DNA of 64,000 nt from the human T2T-CHM13v2.0 reference genome, Homo sapiens, in NCBI RefSeq assembly GCF_009914755.1, contig NC_060939.1; one strand, written 5' to 3'. The notes below the pieces were generated by a model. The model had not been told where the DNA came from. It was given only the letters and a program-made list of their open reading frames with translations, and made no database searches. Positions 32,354 through 45,375 of this stretch are shown here, piece by piece; within the stretch, counting starts at the first letter, position 1, and each line of letters opens with the position of its first letter. Both the position numbers and the translations under genes were made by a program.

Positions 32354-34469
32354 CCCAAACTCTACGGTGTGGCGACTCCTGCGCACGCCTGAAACAGGTC
32401 ACTTCCACAGCCCACGTTCTGGAGGAAGCCTGAAGACTTTCCCCTCCCCCCTTTAAACTTGCATTTAGTGTTTTGTTGTCGTCGTCCTCCAGAAGTCTAG
32501 AAGGAGTGGTGGAGGAGGGGTGGCCTGTGAAAGGGGACGTGGGGGCGGGGGAGGGGGCGAACTTTAAAGGGAGCTCTTTGAAGCTGCTACTCAAAGTAGA
32601 GGGGGTTTTAAGACCCCGTAAACTGGGGGTCCTACAGCAGGTCTCGATTTGGGAGCTGAGAGGAGAGGGGGATGAGAGCGGGTGTGCGTCTCGCTCGGAT
32701 TTATTAAACACAATGCCTTCAAGATGCCAGGGACGCGGCGCCTCGCCGGGCCTCCCTCTCAGTCTCCCTCTGGACTGGCTCCGACGGCGCCCGCCAGCAG
32801 GCGGCCGAGAAGCCGCGGGGCCCCCAGGTCGGGTCTTCCGAAGATTGTGTACAGAAAAGGACAGCAGCTCTGTCTCTCGCCCGGGTGTCCCTCCTGCCCC
32901 GACGTCCACGCCCCCCGGTGACCACACGAGCCAGAGCGCTCCAGCAGGGCAGACCCACGTCGAGTTCACCTGTGAGCCCCAGCGCCAGGGCCGAGCCCGG
33001 CACGCTGGAGGAGTTCGCGGCTGCGTGTCCCCGACGCGGTTTTGCAGAGCGCCGCCTCCTCCGCAGAGCCGGGCGGTAGAACCACGCTACGCAGTCAGGA
33101 AGAACAGCGCTTGAGCGCTCACTAGGTACAAGGCAGGGCACTGCTACCCAGGCAGCGCTCTCCTCTCCCTTACCTCACTCCCGAGGGAAGCAGTTTGGCT
33201 GGGGACCCCATTTTATAGAGCAAAAAAGAGAGGCTGAGAAAGCTCAATCATTTGCCCCGAGCTGGGCAGAGGGTCAGGATTCGAATCCAGGGCAGCCAGT
33301 TTAATGGCCAACCTCAGCGACCCCTTTGCTTACGCAAGCTGGATACGTGCAAGTTTTTGCTGAAGAAAAGGCATTCATTCATTCATTCATGCCCAGCCCT
33401 TTCTGAGAGCCTGGCTTTGGGAGAACAGGCCTCTCCTGCCTGTAGCTCCCACTCACTCCTCACCCAGCGTCACTCCCCGCTCTCACCGGCTGCCTGAACC
33501 CTGAGCAGGAAGGGGGCAGGGAGGTAAGGAACCAGGCCAACATCCCTTTAAGCTTACCACCGCTATCTCCCCGCACCCCCCCACCCCGCCCCAACATGCC
33601 ACCCCACAAATTAGGAAAAACAAGGAGAAAAATACATGTCTTTTATGCTGGAGAAAGAGAAAAGAAAATAAAAAACATGTATACAACACCCCGTCCAAAG
33701 GCTTGACAATTATTTTAAAGAAGGAGGGGAGTCGAGAGAAAGAGTTCAAACGTCTCTGTCTCCAGTTCTAATTGGAAACGTTTCAACTGTTTATGTTACA
33801 AGAAGTGTCAGGGTCATTTGCTACCGGAGAGCTGACTTTTCATTGGCTGCTTAATTGAGTACCTCGGAGTCCACCCCACGTGGGAGAGGAATTCCTGGCA
33901 CATTAAAAAAAAAAAAAAAAAAAAAAGTCACCCGGGTGAGACAGAAAGCCCGGCCTGGATTTACAGAGCAGCGGCTCCCCAGCCCCCAGCCCCTTATTTG
34001 GGGTGCAAGGTGGCTGGTGAGCAACTGTCTGCCAGTCCGAGGAGCCACTTCTCTGAGTCTTTTAAAATATTCTTCAAGCACTTTAGCTGAGTTAGTATAT
34101 GCTTTACCCCCTTAGGAATTAAAGGGTATGGCTCAGGCCAGCCACCAGGCTGTGGTCACCTATTTGAGGAATGGATCACAGTGCCGTGGGTGGGGTTGCA
34201 AACCTCTCCCTGTCATCCCTTCCTCTACTGCCTCCACTGGCTTTGATTTGTGGAAGCCTCTTGTTGGAACTTCTCAGAGAGGACAGAAATCTCCCTCACC
34301 ATGCCACACCCCCTCGGTTGATTCTATAGGGCTCCTCCAATTGCTTTGTCTTCATGACTAGAGTAATTCTGTCCCCCCTACCCCCACCCCTCCACTCACC
34401 GGGCATCCCAGACCTTCCTCCACAAGCAAGCACCTCGACATAGAGCAAAAGAAAGGGAAATTTTTATTT

Positions 34470-34660
34470 ATTTAACAAACTCTTACATAGTGCTCAAGCT
34501 GTGTGCAGTGCTATTCTAAGCACTTGACAAATATGAACACATTTAATACTCACACAAGAAATGAAGTGGGTGCCATGAGTATCAGCCCCATTTTACAGAT
34601 GGGGAAATTGATACACAGTGGTACAATGATGTGCCCAAGGTCACATCAGTGACTGATGGA
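34470..34660 (-). mobile_element. MIR SINE
   Basis: CCCCATTTTACAGATGGGGAAATTGA...TGCCCAAGGTCACA core. Confidence 0.8.
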
Positions 34661-34939
34661 CACAGGCATTTGGGCATCAGTGTCCCAGGGACAGGACCCA
34701 GGCAATTGGGCACCAGTGTGCCTGCCCTTACCTACTACGCCCTGCTGTATCTACAAGCTTGGCTTTCCTGAGAATGCAGGCCAGGGCTGCAAGAGGGACC
34801 ACAGGAATCTGGAGGGCCCCAGAGGGAGCTCCTATAAAGCTCATCCTGCAGCTACCTCATCTCAGGGAAGAGGACCAAGGCTAGTGGAAGGAGAGGACTT
34901 CCCAGGGTCTCCCAACTCGTCTTCCCATTCTCTGACTGG

Positions 34940-35120
34940 TTCAAGCTATGTGACCTTGGGGGACTTATTTAATCTTGCTAAGCCTCCATTTCCTCATCTG
35001 TAAAGTGGAGATAACAATCCAGTACCTGAGGAGGATTGTCCCGAGAATCGATGGAGATAATGCATGTAGTGTACTTAGTACAGAACCTGGCACATTAAGT
35101 GATCGATAACAGTTAGCTGT
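34940..35120 (+). mobile_element. MIR SINE
   Basis: TGTGACCTTGGG...TTTCCTCATCTGTAAAGTGGAGATAA...CCTGGCACA core. Other MIR remnants occur near 13.35, 16.35, 24.7, 37.7, 41.8, 48.7, 49.6, 54.5, 55.9 and 60.4 kb. Confidence 0.8.
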
Positions 35121-37142
35121 GGTGGCCATGATGATAATGTACAACTATCTGGGTGATTCAACTCCTCCAACATTTTCTGCGTGCCTGGAGAGGCTAGGAA
35201 GGTCTTCTATCCCAGCCCTGGGGGGAGCAAGCCAGGCAGCAGCCCCAACCTTATTCTGCATAGACACAGCCAAGCCCAGGTGGGAACACCCAGCTCCTCT
35301 CCTCTGGACTCTCAGGAAGGCCCTCCCGAGGTCACTGGGCCTTCCTCTCCCTCTCTGGGAATCCCATTCTTTATCATGGTCCTCAGATGACCTTGGGCAT
35401 CCCTGAAGCCCAAGGACCCTTGGAGTGTGCAGGAGAGGGGAAGGAAGGAATGGGGAGGGGCAATTCAAAGCTAAAGCTGGGGTGAGGTGGGAGTGGATAG
35501 AGGCAGAGAGAAATCTGTCTGCCACCACAGTGCAATATTCATAGCATTTCTGAGAAGACAAGCCACAAAAAGTAAGCCTATAAAGTATGAAGTGGGGGAG
35601 AACAGTTGTGAGAAGGGTGGTTCTGGAAGGGCTTCCTGGAAGGCTGGAGCTTGAGCTCAGCTCAAAAGGATGGACAGAAGTTGTGGTGGGCAGAGGGGAC
35701 AGGATGAACAAATACTTCTATCGAAACCCTTCCCTTCCCCCTCACCCCGCACCTGGGTGGTTTCTGCTTCCTTGGTCTTTTCTTAGTTTTGCCACCTGAC
35801 AAGCTGTTTTTATTCCCTGGGGAACGGAGCTAAGAGCTTGCTTCTCTAAGACCCTGCCCCTATCCCGACTCCCATTTCAGGCTCCAGTGAGGATGCCTCT
35901 GAAGGTTACTACAGCCAGGAGAGAGGGATCCACTCATCCGGACTGTGTGGCAGCACCAACCTGGGCTTCAGGAGTCTGGAAGATCTGCAAGATCTTGGGC
36001 AAGACCCCGAAACTCCTGGGGTCTCCATTTTTACCTCTGTAAAATGAGAATAATGGCACCTAATTTCTTACCTGGCAAGAATCTGCAGAAAGCTTACCTC
36101 CAAAATCTAAGGAAAGCCCTTGCCTTCGAAAACATACACAAGGCCAGACTGTCCCCAGTTCCAGGTTGTATTCCAGGCTGTATCTAGGCCCTCAGAGTTA
36201 AATAGAGCCTGTGCAGGGAAATGGTATTGGGTAGAAGGGTGGGGGTGGGGAGGGACTGGGACTATTAGGGAAGCTGCCTATAGAGGGTGGCCCTTGCTGT
36301 GGCTCAGAGGGGAGGAAGGAAGAGAGCTCCAGATAGGAGCAAAGGTACCCAGCCAGGGCACTACAGAGAACACTCACTGGGGAATGGTTTGGTTTGCTCC
36401 ATGGCCCAACTAGCAGAGGAAGCCACTGCCTCTCTCCAGAAAGCTTTGGAAGCCAGACTACCAGGCGATGATTTACAATGAGGTCCTCATGCCCACCTGA
36501 GACTTTGTGGGGGGGCAGGTGTGCAGGGTAGGCATGGAATGTGTTTGTTCACCTGTCTTTAGCAGAAGCATAAGCCTGGAAACATTCTCCCCTACACCCG
36601 CTCCAAAGTTGAGCTGAATTGCATCCCACTGTTCCCAAGGTGCACTTTGCTGACCTCTATTGACTAATGGCACAGGGTTTCCATGCCTCATGCCCGAACC
36701 GGGTAAATATTTATCGAAGTGATTGGGCATTCTAATTAAGAGATTTGTGCTGTTTCTTTCGTTCCTTTTTAAGGATTCAAAGCTGAGGCTTAGGAGATTA
36801 AGAAATATTTTGCTGGTATTAATGCATTCAACTTCACAAGGGTGGAGGCCCACGCTGTAAGAATTATCCACGCCAGTGGAGGGGAGTTCTGGGGTCAGTA
36901 TGGATCATTTAGGTAGAATTCGTGCCCGGCATACCTGGTCTTTGATGGAGGTTCTGAGTTGGGATGGGGAATGGGGAGGGAACGAGAGATGAGAGGGTAT
37001 TTGCCTGACAGATTTGATTTTCACTCTCAGATCTGTTATCAGCTTTGTATCTTTTTAATAAATGAATTTATAAACGTGAGTTTGTCACATACATCCAGCA
37101 ATAGTGAGAGCCTGATTTTGTATCAAGCGTGTTCTCTTACAC

Positions 37143-37349
37143 CAGTGGCTCTTAACTCAGGGTGATTTTGCTTCCAAGGGGAATTTGGGCAATATCTGGA
37201 GATATTTTTGGTTTTCACAACTCAGGGTAGCAGTGCCTTTGGGTACAGAACAGAGATGCCTCTAAACATCCTGCAATGCACAGAACACCCTCCTCAACTA
37301 AGAATTATCCAGCCCCAAATGCCAATAGTCCTGAAGTTGAGAGATCCTG
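37143..37349. mobile_element. MER20 DNA transposon
   Basis: CAGTGGCTCTTAAC...GGCAATATCTGGAGATATTTTTGG...AAGAATTATCCAGCCCCAAATG...CCTG. Confidence 0.8.
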
Positions 37350-37392
37350 ACATATACTATCTCATGTAATCTTAATAAATAGTGTCATTGTC

Positions 37393-37694
37393 AGCTGGAA
37401 ACCATCATTCTCAGCAAACTATCACAAGGACAAAAAACCAAACATCACGTGTTCTCACTCATAGGTGGGAATTGAACAATGAGAACACATGGACACAGGA
37501 AGGGGAACATCACACCCTGGGGCCTGTTGTGGGGTGGGGGGAGGGGGGAGGGATAGCATTAGGAGAAATACCTAATGTTAAATGACGAGTTAATAGGTGC
37601 AGCACACCAACATGGCACATGTATACATATGTAACAAACCTGCATGTTATGCACATGGACCCTAAAACTTAAAGTATAATAATAATAAAAAAAA
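37393..37694 (+). mobile_element. LINE-1 3' end fragment (L1PA4/5-like) with poly(A) and degenerate TSD
   Basis: L1 3' UTR with G-tract, CCTAAAACTTAAAGTATAAT and A tail. Flanks ATAGTGTCATTGTC (37379-37392) / ATAGTGCCATTCTC (37696-37709). Confidence 0.88.
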
Positions 37695-39866
37695 GATAGT
37701 GCCATTCTCTATGTCCCTATTTTGCAGATGAGTAAACTGAGATACAGGAAGGAAAGTGTCACATGTTCAGGAAGGGAAGAAGCTGATTGGTGAGCCCAGG
37801 CCCCTCTGTCTCCAAAGCCTATCCTCTGTCCTCTACTCTCAGTGCCCTCTCTACTAGAAAGTAATTCAAATACCCCCAGCTCTAGGTTCCTGCCTTGTGC
37901 AGTATTTGAGCCATTTTAAAGATTGCTCTACAAGTTAGCAATTATCTAGTCATTCAGATAAAGTCTCTTTATGAAGAGCTAATGCTAGAGAAGTCCTGGG
38001 ATCCTCTGGCAGCTCCTCCAAGTGGGGACTACAGCCCAGGGCCATTAGGTGCCTGCGTAACATTGGAAAATAGTCACAAAAGTTGCTGTTGGCACATCCC
38101 TGAAAGATGTCAGGGTGGAAGGCTAAATGCAGTTAGGTTGTATGGAGTTTGGCAGGGAGGAGTGGACTGGTGATGGGGTATTTTTTGCCTTTTTGGGGAG
38201 TGCCCTTCCTGAAGTTGAGGTTCTGCAAGAGGGAGATGGGGCAACCAGAGAGGGGTGGGTTGGAACAAGGTTGGGGGGCAAACACAAGAGACTGATGGGG
38301 ACTCTGAAGGTCCAGGCTGCAGGTGGACCTGGGAGTTCTGGAAGTAGAGAGAAATGGGGGCAAGAAAAGGGGCAAAGGGGCTTCACTTGTAAGAAAGGCA
38401 CATAGATGACTATAGATTTTGATGTTGGAGTGGAACTGAAAAAAAAAAAGACTCAATTTTGAGGGCCTGGAGGTCCAACTTATTATTTGACCACTAACCT
38501 ACCACAAAAAATCTATAGTATGAAGCAAGGTACAAACAAAACCAACGCCATCTTACTTTTGTCTTGTGTTTTCTGCTTAAAGCATTGTCGTGTCTGTGGG
38601 TTTCTAGTTAAGACGCAACATGTAGAGCAGGGAAAATTATCTCCATGGCAGATGAAGAAGCTGAGGGCCAAGGAAGGTTAGGTAGTTTGTCCACCACCAC
38701 ACAAGTTGACGATGGCGAATTCTGACCAGACTTAGGCCTTCTGGCATTGGCATTGATTCTTTCTGTAAACCAGTCAAGCTTTCAAATTGTGCCCTAAGGA
38801 GGTCCTGGGATCCTCAGAAGTTGATGGGAGTGCTGAGAAGATGAGGAAGTAAAGAGAGTGGTCACAGGGATCGCTTCCTCCACCTCAATCAGAACAGCCT
38901 TAATTTTTATCTGTTTTATAGTTTAGGTGTCCTGGTGATGCCTCATTCCGAGGATCTTGTGTTTCCTCGTGCTTTGGGAGTCTTTTAGCTCTAATTTCAC
39001 ATCTCATTTGCTCCTGTGAAATGGCCTACTAGAAAAGGGAGACTCTTAGAGGCCCCATTCATACCCCCAGAGCTCGTTGGTAGGGAAAGTAGACTCAAAT
39101 TCAGGCCTTGCTGTGTGGAAGGGCTGAACAGCTCAGAAGGGAAAGGCTACAGATTATTCTGGGGGCAGCCTCCCACCCTTTTACAGAGAAGGAAAGGAAG
39201 ACCCAGAGAGATGGAATAACCTAGCCAAGTCATACCGCTCATGCGTGGTGGGCCTGGGATTCCGTGTAAGCCCTGTTGAGCTGCAGAGGTTGTGCCCATC
39301 ACCATTGCATTACCCTACCCAATACTATCCTGCCTCACTAACCCGCCTTTCCTTCATGCCAGGTAGGTCCCAGTGAAATAATGCTCTGCTCTCTACTAAG
39401 TAGGGGCCTGGCACTTCCTAATACATCACCTAATTTATTACCTTGGCCTCCTGGCACTTGTCTTCCATTTGAACCTCCTCACTGGATATGTTCTACACTG
39501 CAGAGACTGACAGCTGAAAATTATGCTTCTAGACTCACTCACTGGAAGGGTTCTGAAGTAAACATGACTCTCCCATTAGATCCACCCAAGCAAGATGGGA
39601 GAGCAGCAGTAAGACAGAGACCATCTCTGGCTACCTGTTCTTTCTGGCTGGTGATGTGTTTGCGGAGATGGTGAGTTTTTCTGCACCTATGTTCCAGTAT
39701 CCAGCCACTACCTTCAAAAACGTCAAGCGTTAAGTTGTGTGGGTGGAGGGTGCAACTCTCTCAGCTCTGAATTTTGATGACAGACCTTCCTGAAGTCAGA
39801 AGTTCTCGAGGCCACCATCTATTTCCCTATCTTTCTGACTATACTGGAAGAGGCAGCCCTCTGACC

Positions 39867-40345
39867 CTATAAAACCCCTAGAAGAAAACATAGGGGAAAT
39901 CTTTGCGACATTGGAGTTGGCAATGATGTGTTGGCAGTAATGCCAAAATCACAGGCAACAAAAGCAAAAATAGACAAATGGGACTAGAACTTAAAAACTT
40001 CTTTGCATGAAAGGAATAGATTAAAAGAGGGGAAAAGGGGGCCGGGTGTGGTGGTTCACACCTGTATTCCCAGCACTTTGGGAGGCTGAGGTGGTAGGAT
40101 TGCTTGAGCCCAGGAGTTCAAGACCAGCCTGGGCAACATGGAGAAACCCCATCTCTACAAAAATACACATACATACACACAGGCACACACACAAAGTAGC
40201 CGGGCATGGTCGTGCACACCTGTAGTTCCAGCTACTCAGGAGGCTAAGGTGAGAGAATCATCTGATCCCAGGAGGTTGAGGCTGCAGTGAGCCATGATCT
40301 CGCTGTTGAACTTCACCCTAGGCAACTGGAGTGAGACCCTATCTC

Positions 40346-40376
<31 letters not shown>

Positions 40377-41375
40377 GAAAAAGCAACCTACAGAATGGAA
40401 TGGGAGAAATATTTGCAAATCACATATCTATAAGGAGTTAATATCTAGAATATATAAAGAACTCCTACAACTGAATAATAAAAAACCAAATAACTCAGTC
40501 AAAAAATGGGCAAAGGAAAGACATTTTTCCAAAGAAGATATACAAATGGCCAACAAACATATGAAAAGGTGCTCAACATTACTAATTATTAGGGGAATGC
40601 AAATCAAAACCACAATGCAATATCACCTCACCCCCATTGGGATGGCTGCTATTTAAAAAAAGAATTGTTGATAAGGGTGTGGAGAGATTCGACCCTTGGT
40701 GCATTGTTGGTGGGAATATAAAATGGTACAGCCTATATGGAAAACAGTATGCAGGTTCCTCAAAAAATTACAAATAGAATTACATATGACCCAGCAATCC
40801 CACTTCCGAGTATATATACAAAGGAATTGAAAATAGAATCTTAAAGAGATATTTGCATACCCATGTTCATGGTAGCATTGTTCACAATAGCCAAGAGGTG
40901 GAAGCATCCTAAATGTCCACTGACAGATAAGTGAATAAAGAAAATGTGATGTGATGTGGATGTGTGTGTGTGTGTGTGTGTATAGACACACAATGACATA
41001 TTTTTCAGCTCTAAAAAGGAAGAAAATTCTGTCACATGCTACAACATGTATGAACCTTGAGAACATGATACTAAGTGAAATAAGAAAGCCACAAAAAGAC
41101 AAATACTGTATAATTTCACTTATTTGAGGAATCTAAAGTAATCAAACTCATAGAAACAGAAATTAGAATGATGGTTGTCAGGGGCGGGTGGGAGAGAGGT
41201 ATGGGGCGTTATTGTTCAATTAGCAGAGAGTTTAGGTTTTGCAAGATGAAAAGTCCAAAAATCTGTTGCACAACAACAGGAATATAGTTACTATTGAGTT
41301 CTATACTTAAAAATGATTAAGATGATAAATTTTATATTATGTGTTTTTTACTAGGATTTAAAAAAATAAATAAAA
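39867..41375 (+). mobile_element. Old LINE-1 (L1MB-like) 3' portion interrupted by an Alu
   Basis: Degenerate ORF2 peptide ([18 protein letters not shown]...[13 protein letters not shown]) and an L1M-type 3' end. Confidence 0.85.
40040..40372 (+). mobile_element. Alu (AluJ-like) nested in L1
   Basis: GGCCGGGTGTGGTGG start, dimeric body and A tail; near-TSD AAAAGAGGG(G/A)AAAAG on both sides. Confidence 0.92.
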
Positions 41376-42859
41376 GGAGGCAGCGACTCTGGCAGGTGAG
41401 TTCTGTGGAATTCTAGTTCCTGCAGGCCAAGCCCCCAGGCCTCTCCTCTAGCTTAAGATACTAATTGCTTCTATTAAATGTCTGTTTCAATAGCTGGGGT
41501 GATTCTTGTTCCCAGCACCTGGCCTCTGACTGATACACTCCTGCTTCTTCCAGCAGACCTCCCTACTGTGCCAATCTCTGCCTGACTGAGGCTTTTTGGG
41601 GTCATTTATGTTTCCTTGATGTTTATCTGTTTTATTAGAGTAGTGATATTGAATGTAATGATGACACAAGGCCATTAAGCATATACATGAACAGGTGACT
41701 CCACGCAACCTAGGCACAGCCTGCTACTCAGAGCTTAAGTGCTACTTGCAGATATACAAGTTGGAATCCTGACACCCTAGCTTTTTTGCTTTAGGACCTT
41801 AGGCAAGACACTTGTTTTTGCTAAGCCTCAGTTTCCTCATCTGTAAAATTGGGATAATGCTAGAGCCTTGCTCACAGGGTTGTTGTGAGAATTAAGCAAG
41901 ATAACGCAGCTGGCAGCAAGCCTTCAATGACTGTGAGTGATTCTGAATGAATGAGGACACATCAACCGCTTGGTTTCAATGTGTTCAGACTCCTCAGCCT
42001 CTTTATCTAAATCCAAGCTTGGACGCTTTTCTACCTAGAGCCAGATTCTCTGCTCCCAGAATTTAAATATGTCTCACATTAATGGGAGACACAGAAAGAT
42101 GGGAAGCTGGGGAGCCAGAGGCCTCAATGTTAGAAGTCAATGTTCATCAAAGGGTTCCTGGAGTCCTCGAAAAAGGAGAATGCAGAGGTGGGTGGGTTTT
42201 CAGTAGACCTGAATGTGTGTGTAGGGGGTGAGAGGTAGGGAGACACTCCTCCAAAGCCAGCAAGGGCCAAACATGCAGGCAGCCCCAGCCCACCTGCCTG
42301 CAGCCTCCCTCTCTATGGAGGCCAAACCCAGAGAGAATGGGAGCCAGAACCAGGCTGCCCTCCACAGTTGGCACACAGGGTTCCTCTTTTAGCCAATGAT
42401 GAGAAGCTCCTCTCCAGCCTAATTAACTGCAGACTTGTAACTTCTAACTCAGACAAGAATGAGGCCAGACACAGACTGAACAAGAACAAAGCCCCCACGA
42501 CTGTGTCTATAGGGCTGGGCTTCAGAATGGATCTTCAGAAGATCTCTGTAATACTATTGGTTGGGGTCCGCAGAATTGAGGTATAGAGAGGATCCACACG
42601 TGGGGTCATCAACCCATGGGGGACATGGACCCCTTCCCAGATGGTACTCTAACATACATGATTTTGGAAAGGGCTCCCAAAAGGGGCTGAGGGAGATCAG
42701 AAGAGCAGATAACTTGGCCCTGGATGGCTCATGGGTTGAGAGCCAGGCTAAGTGACCTGGCCTTTATTCAGGGGATACTAAAATGACTGACTTGTAGGTG
42801 TCAGCCTTGAGCTAAGCCATTTACACAATTGTCTCATCAAACTGTGTAACAACAGGGTC

Positions 42860-43220
42860 ATGATTGCTGCACGCAGAACCCCCTCAGCACTGAAGCCCCA
42901 TGCCCCAGCTGCAGAGAGTATTGGGAAAGGAAAACACTGAGCTGAGACCACTTCAGCAGAAGACAGCCAGCTGCCTCCCCAGGAAAGCCAGCCTCAAATG
43001 ATGCTAGGATGTGAGGGTCCCGGGAGGCCTCGTGCCCCAGCCCTTTTGAGGCAGCTCTGAAGGGCCAACCGAGATCCAGAGCTCCCCGTGGGGTCGCGGG
43101 GACATTGTTGTGACTTCATCAAGCCCTATCTACTTTTCCCTATGCCCCATCCTGCCTCCAGGTGAGGCGCTGGCAATGAAACACTCCCCAGTGAGTCCCC
43201 TGCATGGGAATATTCTCCAC
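42860..43220. mobile_element. Possible old ERVL LTR (LTR16-like)
   Basis: Weak resemblance recalled from memory (CCTCAGCACTGAAG...CCCCAGCTGC...CAGAGCTCCCCGTGGG); not verified. Confidence 0.35.
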
Positions 43221-43224
43221 TTTA

Positions 43225-43401
43225 TGGTCGCCAGATTTAGCAAATAAAAATACAGGACACCCAGTTACATTTGAATTTCCTTTAAACAATGAATTTTTTT
43301 TTAGTATAACTATGTCCCAAATATTGCATGGGACATACTTATACTAAAAAAAAAAAAATCACTCGTTGTTTATCTGAAATTCAAATTGTACTGGGTGTCC
43401 T
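43225..43401. mobile_element. MER53 palindromic hAT-type MITE
   Basis: GCCAGATTTAGCAAATAAAAATACAGGACACCCAG...TAGTATAA.TATGTCCCA-AATATTGCA-TGGGACATA.TTATACTA...CTGGGTGTCCT: a long imperfect palindrome. Confidence 0.88.
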
Positions 43402-44608
43402 ATATTTTCATCGGCAACTCTGCTCCATCTCAGTCTGTGCTTTGGAGAACCTGACCTATAACAAACCCCACCAAATGGGCACTATCATTGCCCTCATTTT
43501 AGAAACAGAACACTGAGCCTCAAATTCTGGTCCTATGAGTGACCCTGGTTATTAAGGGAGGAGTGGAACAACAGCAGTGGATTTGGGAGCTGGATCAGCT
43601 GGATTGGGGTGGGGTGCAGAAACTCCTCAACTATTTTCACAGCCCCACCATGAACTGGGCCTACAGCTCTGGAGGAAAGGACTCCAGTACGGGTTTTCCA
43701 GCCAGCCTTCCCTGGGCAGGGCTGAACTACCCCCTGGAAGAACATTTTAATCAGCCGCCTTGTCTCTGCCTCTCTTGGCCTTTGCTTTCATTGTCAGAGT
43801 CTCTGTCAATAGCTGGAAATCCAGGCAGCAGCACAAGCAGACATTTCGCTCCTTCCCAAGCAGAAATCTCACAAAGGGCAGGGCTCCCCTCTTTACAAGG
43901 AAAACAAACAGGTCTTCAGGCTCCCAGGGGCTGGGGGTGGGCTGGGGCAGAGGGAGGCTTGGGGGGAGGGGGAGGGGGCAGCCAGCTGGCTCAGCCTGGC
44001 TCAGGCTCCCACCCTCACTAGCTTTCCACTTCCATCTGCCTTTCCCCCACGCAGATCCAGACTGCGGGGGGAACCTGGGCGGGCTCCCCTCTCCTCTGGA
44101 GAGTGCAGCTGGCTGAAGCCTCAGTATTGCTCAGCCAGCCCTAGCAATTCCACTCCATCCCTCCCTAGGAACCAGGGTGACCTCTAAGCAAATTGGGTTC
44201 TGCCATTCCCCTGCTCAGAATCATTCCATCGCTCCCTGCGGACATATACTGTGCACTTTCACACCTCAGACCTTTGCCCATGCTGCTCCCTCTACCTGGA
44301 ATATCCTTTCTTCTCTATTTGAACCCATCCATTCTTCAAGATCCTTTTTTCTTCTGTGAAACCTTTGCTGTCTGTACCCCCTTAGTCAGAATGAGTCACC
44401 TCCCTCTCTAGGCTAGCATGGTATCTTTACTTGTGTCTGACGCCCCCATCCCAGGCTGTCCTGCTCCACGTTTAGCTGGGCACATGTGGTCTCTCCCCCA
44501 GGCTGTGAGCATTCATCTGACCTTCGTGCAGCATTTTCCAGTTTGTGAAGTGGTTTCACATCTCTGCTCCCTTACAGCTCTCTTGGATAGACACCATTGT
44601 CCCCATTT

Positions 44609-45375
44609 ATTTATTTATTTATTTATTATTATTTTTTATTATTATACTTTAAGTTTTAGGGTACATGTGCACAATGTGCAGGTTAGTTACATATGTATAC
44701 ATGTGACATGCTGGTGCGCTGCACCCACTAACTCGTCATCTAGCATTAGGTATATCTCCCAATGCTCTCCCTCCCCCTCCCTCCCCACCCCACAACAGTC
44801 CCCAGAGTGTGATGTTCCCCTTCCTGTGTCCATGTGTTCTCATTGTTCAATTCCCACCTATGAGTGAGAATATGCGGTGTTTGGTTTTTTGTTCTTGCGA
44901 TAGTTTACTGAGAATGATGATTTCCAATTTCATCCATGTCCCTACAAAGGACATGAACTCATCATTTTTTATGGCTGCATAGTATTCCATGGTGTATATG
45001 TGCCATTTTCTTAATCCAGTCTATCATTGTTGGACATTTGGGTTGGTTCCAAGTCTTTGCAACTGTGAATAGTGCCGCAATAAACATACGTGTGCATGTG
45101 TCTTTATAGCAGCATGATTTATAGTCCTTTGGGTATATACCCAGTAATGGGATGGCTGGGTCAAATGGTATTTCTAGTTCTAGATCCCTGAGGAATCGCC
45201 ACACTGACTCCCACAATGGTTGAACTAGTTTACAGTCCCACCAACAGTGTAAAAGTGTTCCTATTTCTCCACATCCTCTCCAGCACCTGTTGTTTCCTGA
45301 CTTTTTAATGATTGCCATTCTAACTGGTGTGAGATGATATCTCATTGTGGTTTTGATTTGCATTTATCTGATGGC
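44609..45375 (-). mobile_element. 5'-truncated young LINE-1 (L1PA2/L1PA3-like): end of ORF2, 3' UTR and A-rich tail, with 17-bp TSD
   Basis: ORF 44962..45363 is the L1 ORF2p C-terminus ([35 protein letters not shown]...). TSD CACCATTGTCCCCATTT at 44592-44608 and 45376-45392. GAG rather than ACA/ACG at the Ta-diagnostic site (44732-44734). Confidence 0.93.

Larger units (their letters stand above)
27680..33120. promoter_or_regulatory. Large CpG island over TLE3 exons 1-3, the promoter and ~3 kb upstream (interrupted by AT-rich blocks near 30.3-30.8 kb and 32.1-32.35 kb)
   Basis: Very high GC content and dense CpG/CGCG compared with the CpG-depleted flanks. Confidence 0.92.

Noticed and set aside
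27457-33141. Many long ORFs (up to 373 aa) on both strands
   Set aside because: They are Gly/Pro/Arg/Ala-rich frames expected from stop-codon scarcity in a CpG island, mostly with GTG/TTG starts and no recognisable domain.
34470-35120. Two oppositely oriented MIRs as a possible hairpin
   Set aside because: Too diverged to pair stably; a common arrangement.
44962-45363. 133-aa ORF with a clear protein-like sequence
   Set aside because: It is the frameshifted C-terminal remnant of L1 ORF2p in a 5'-truncated element, not a gene.
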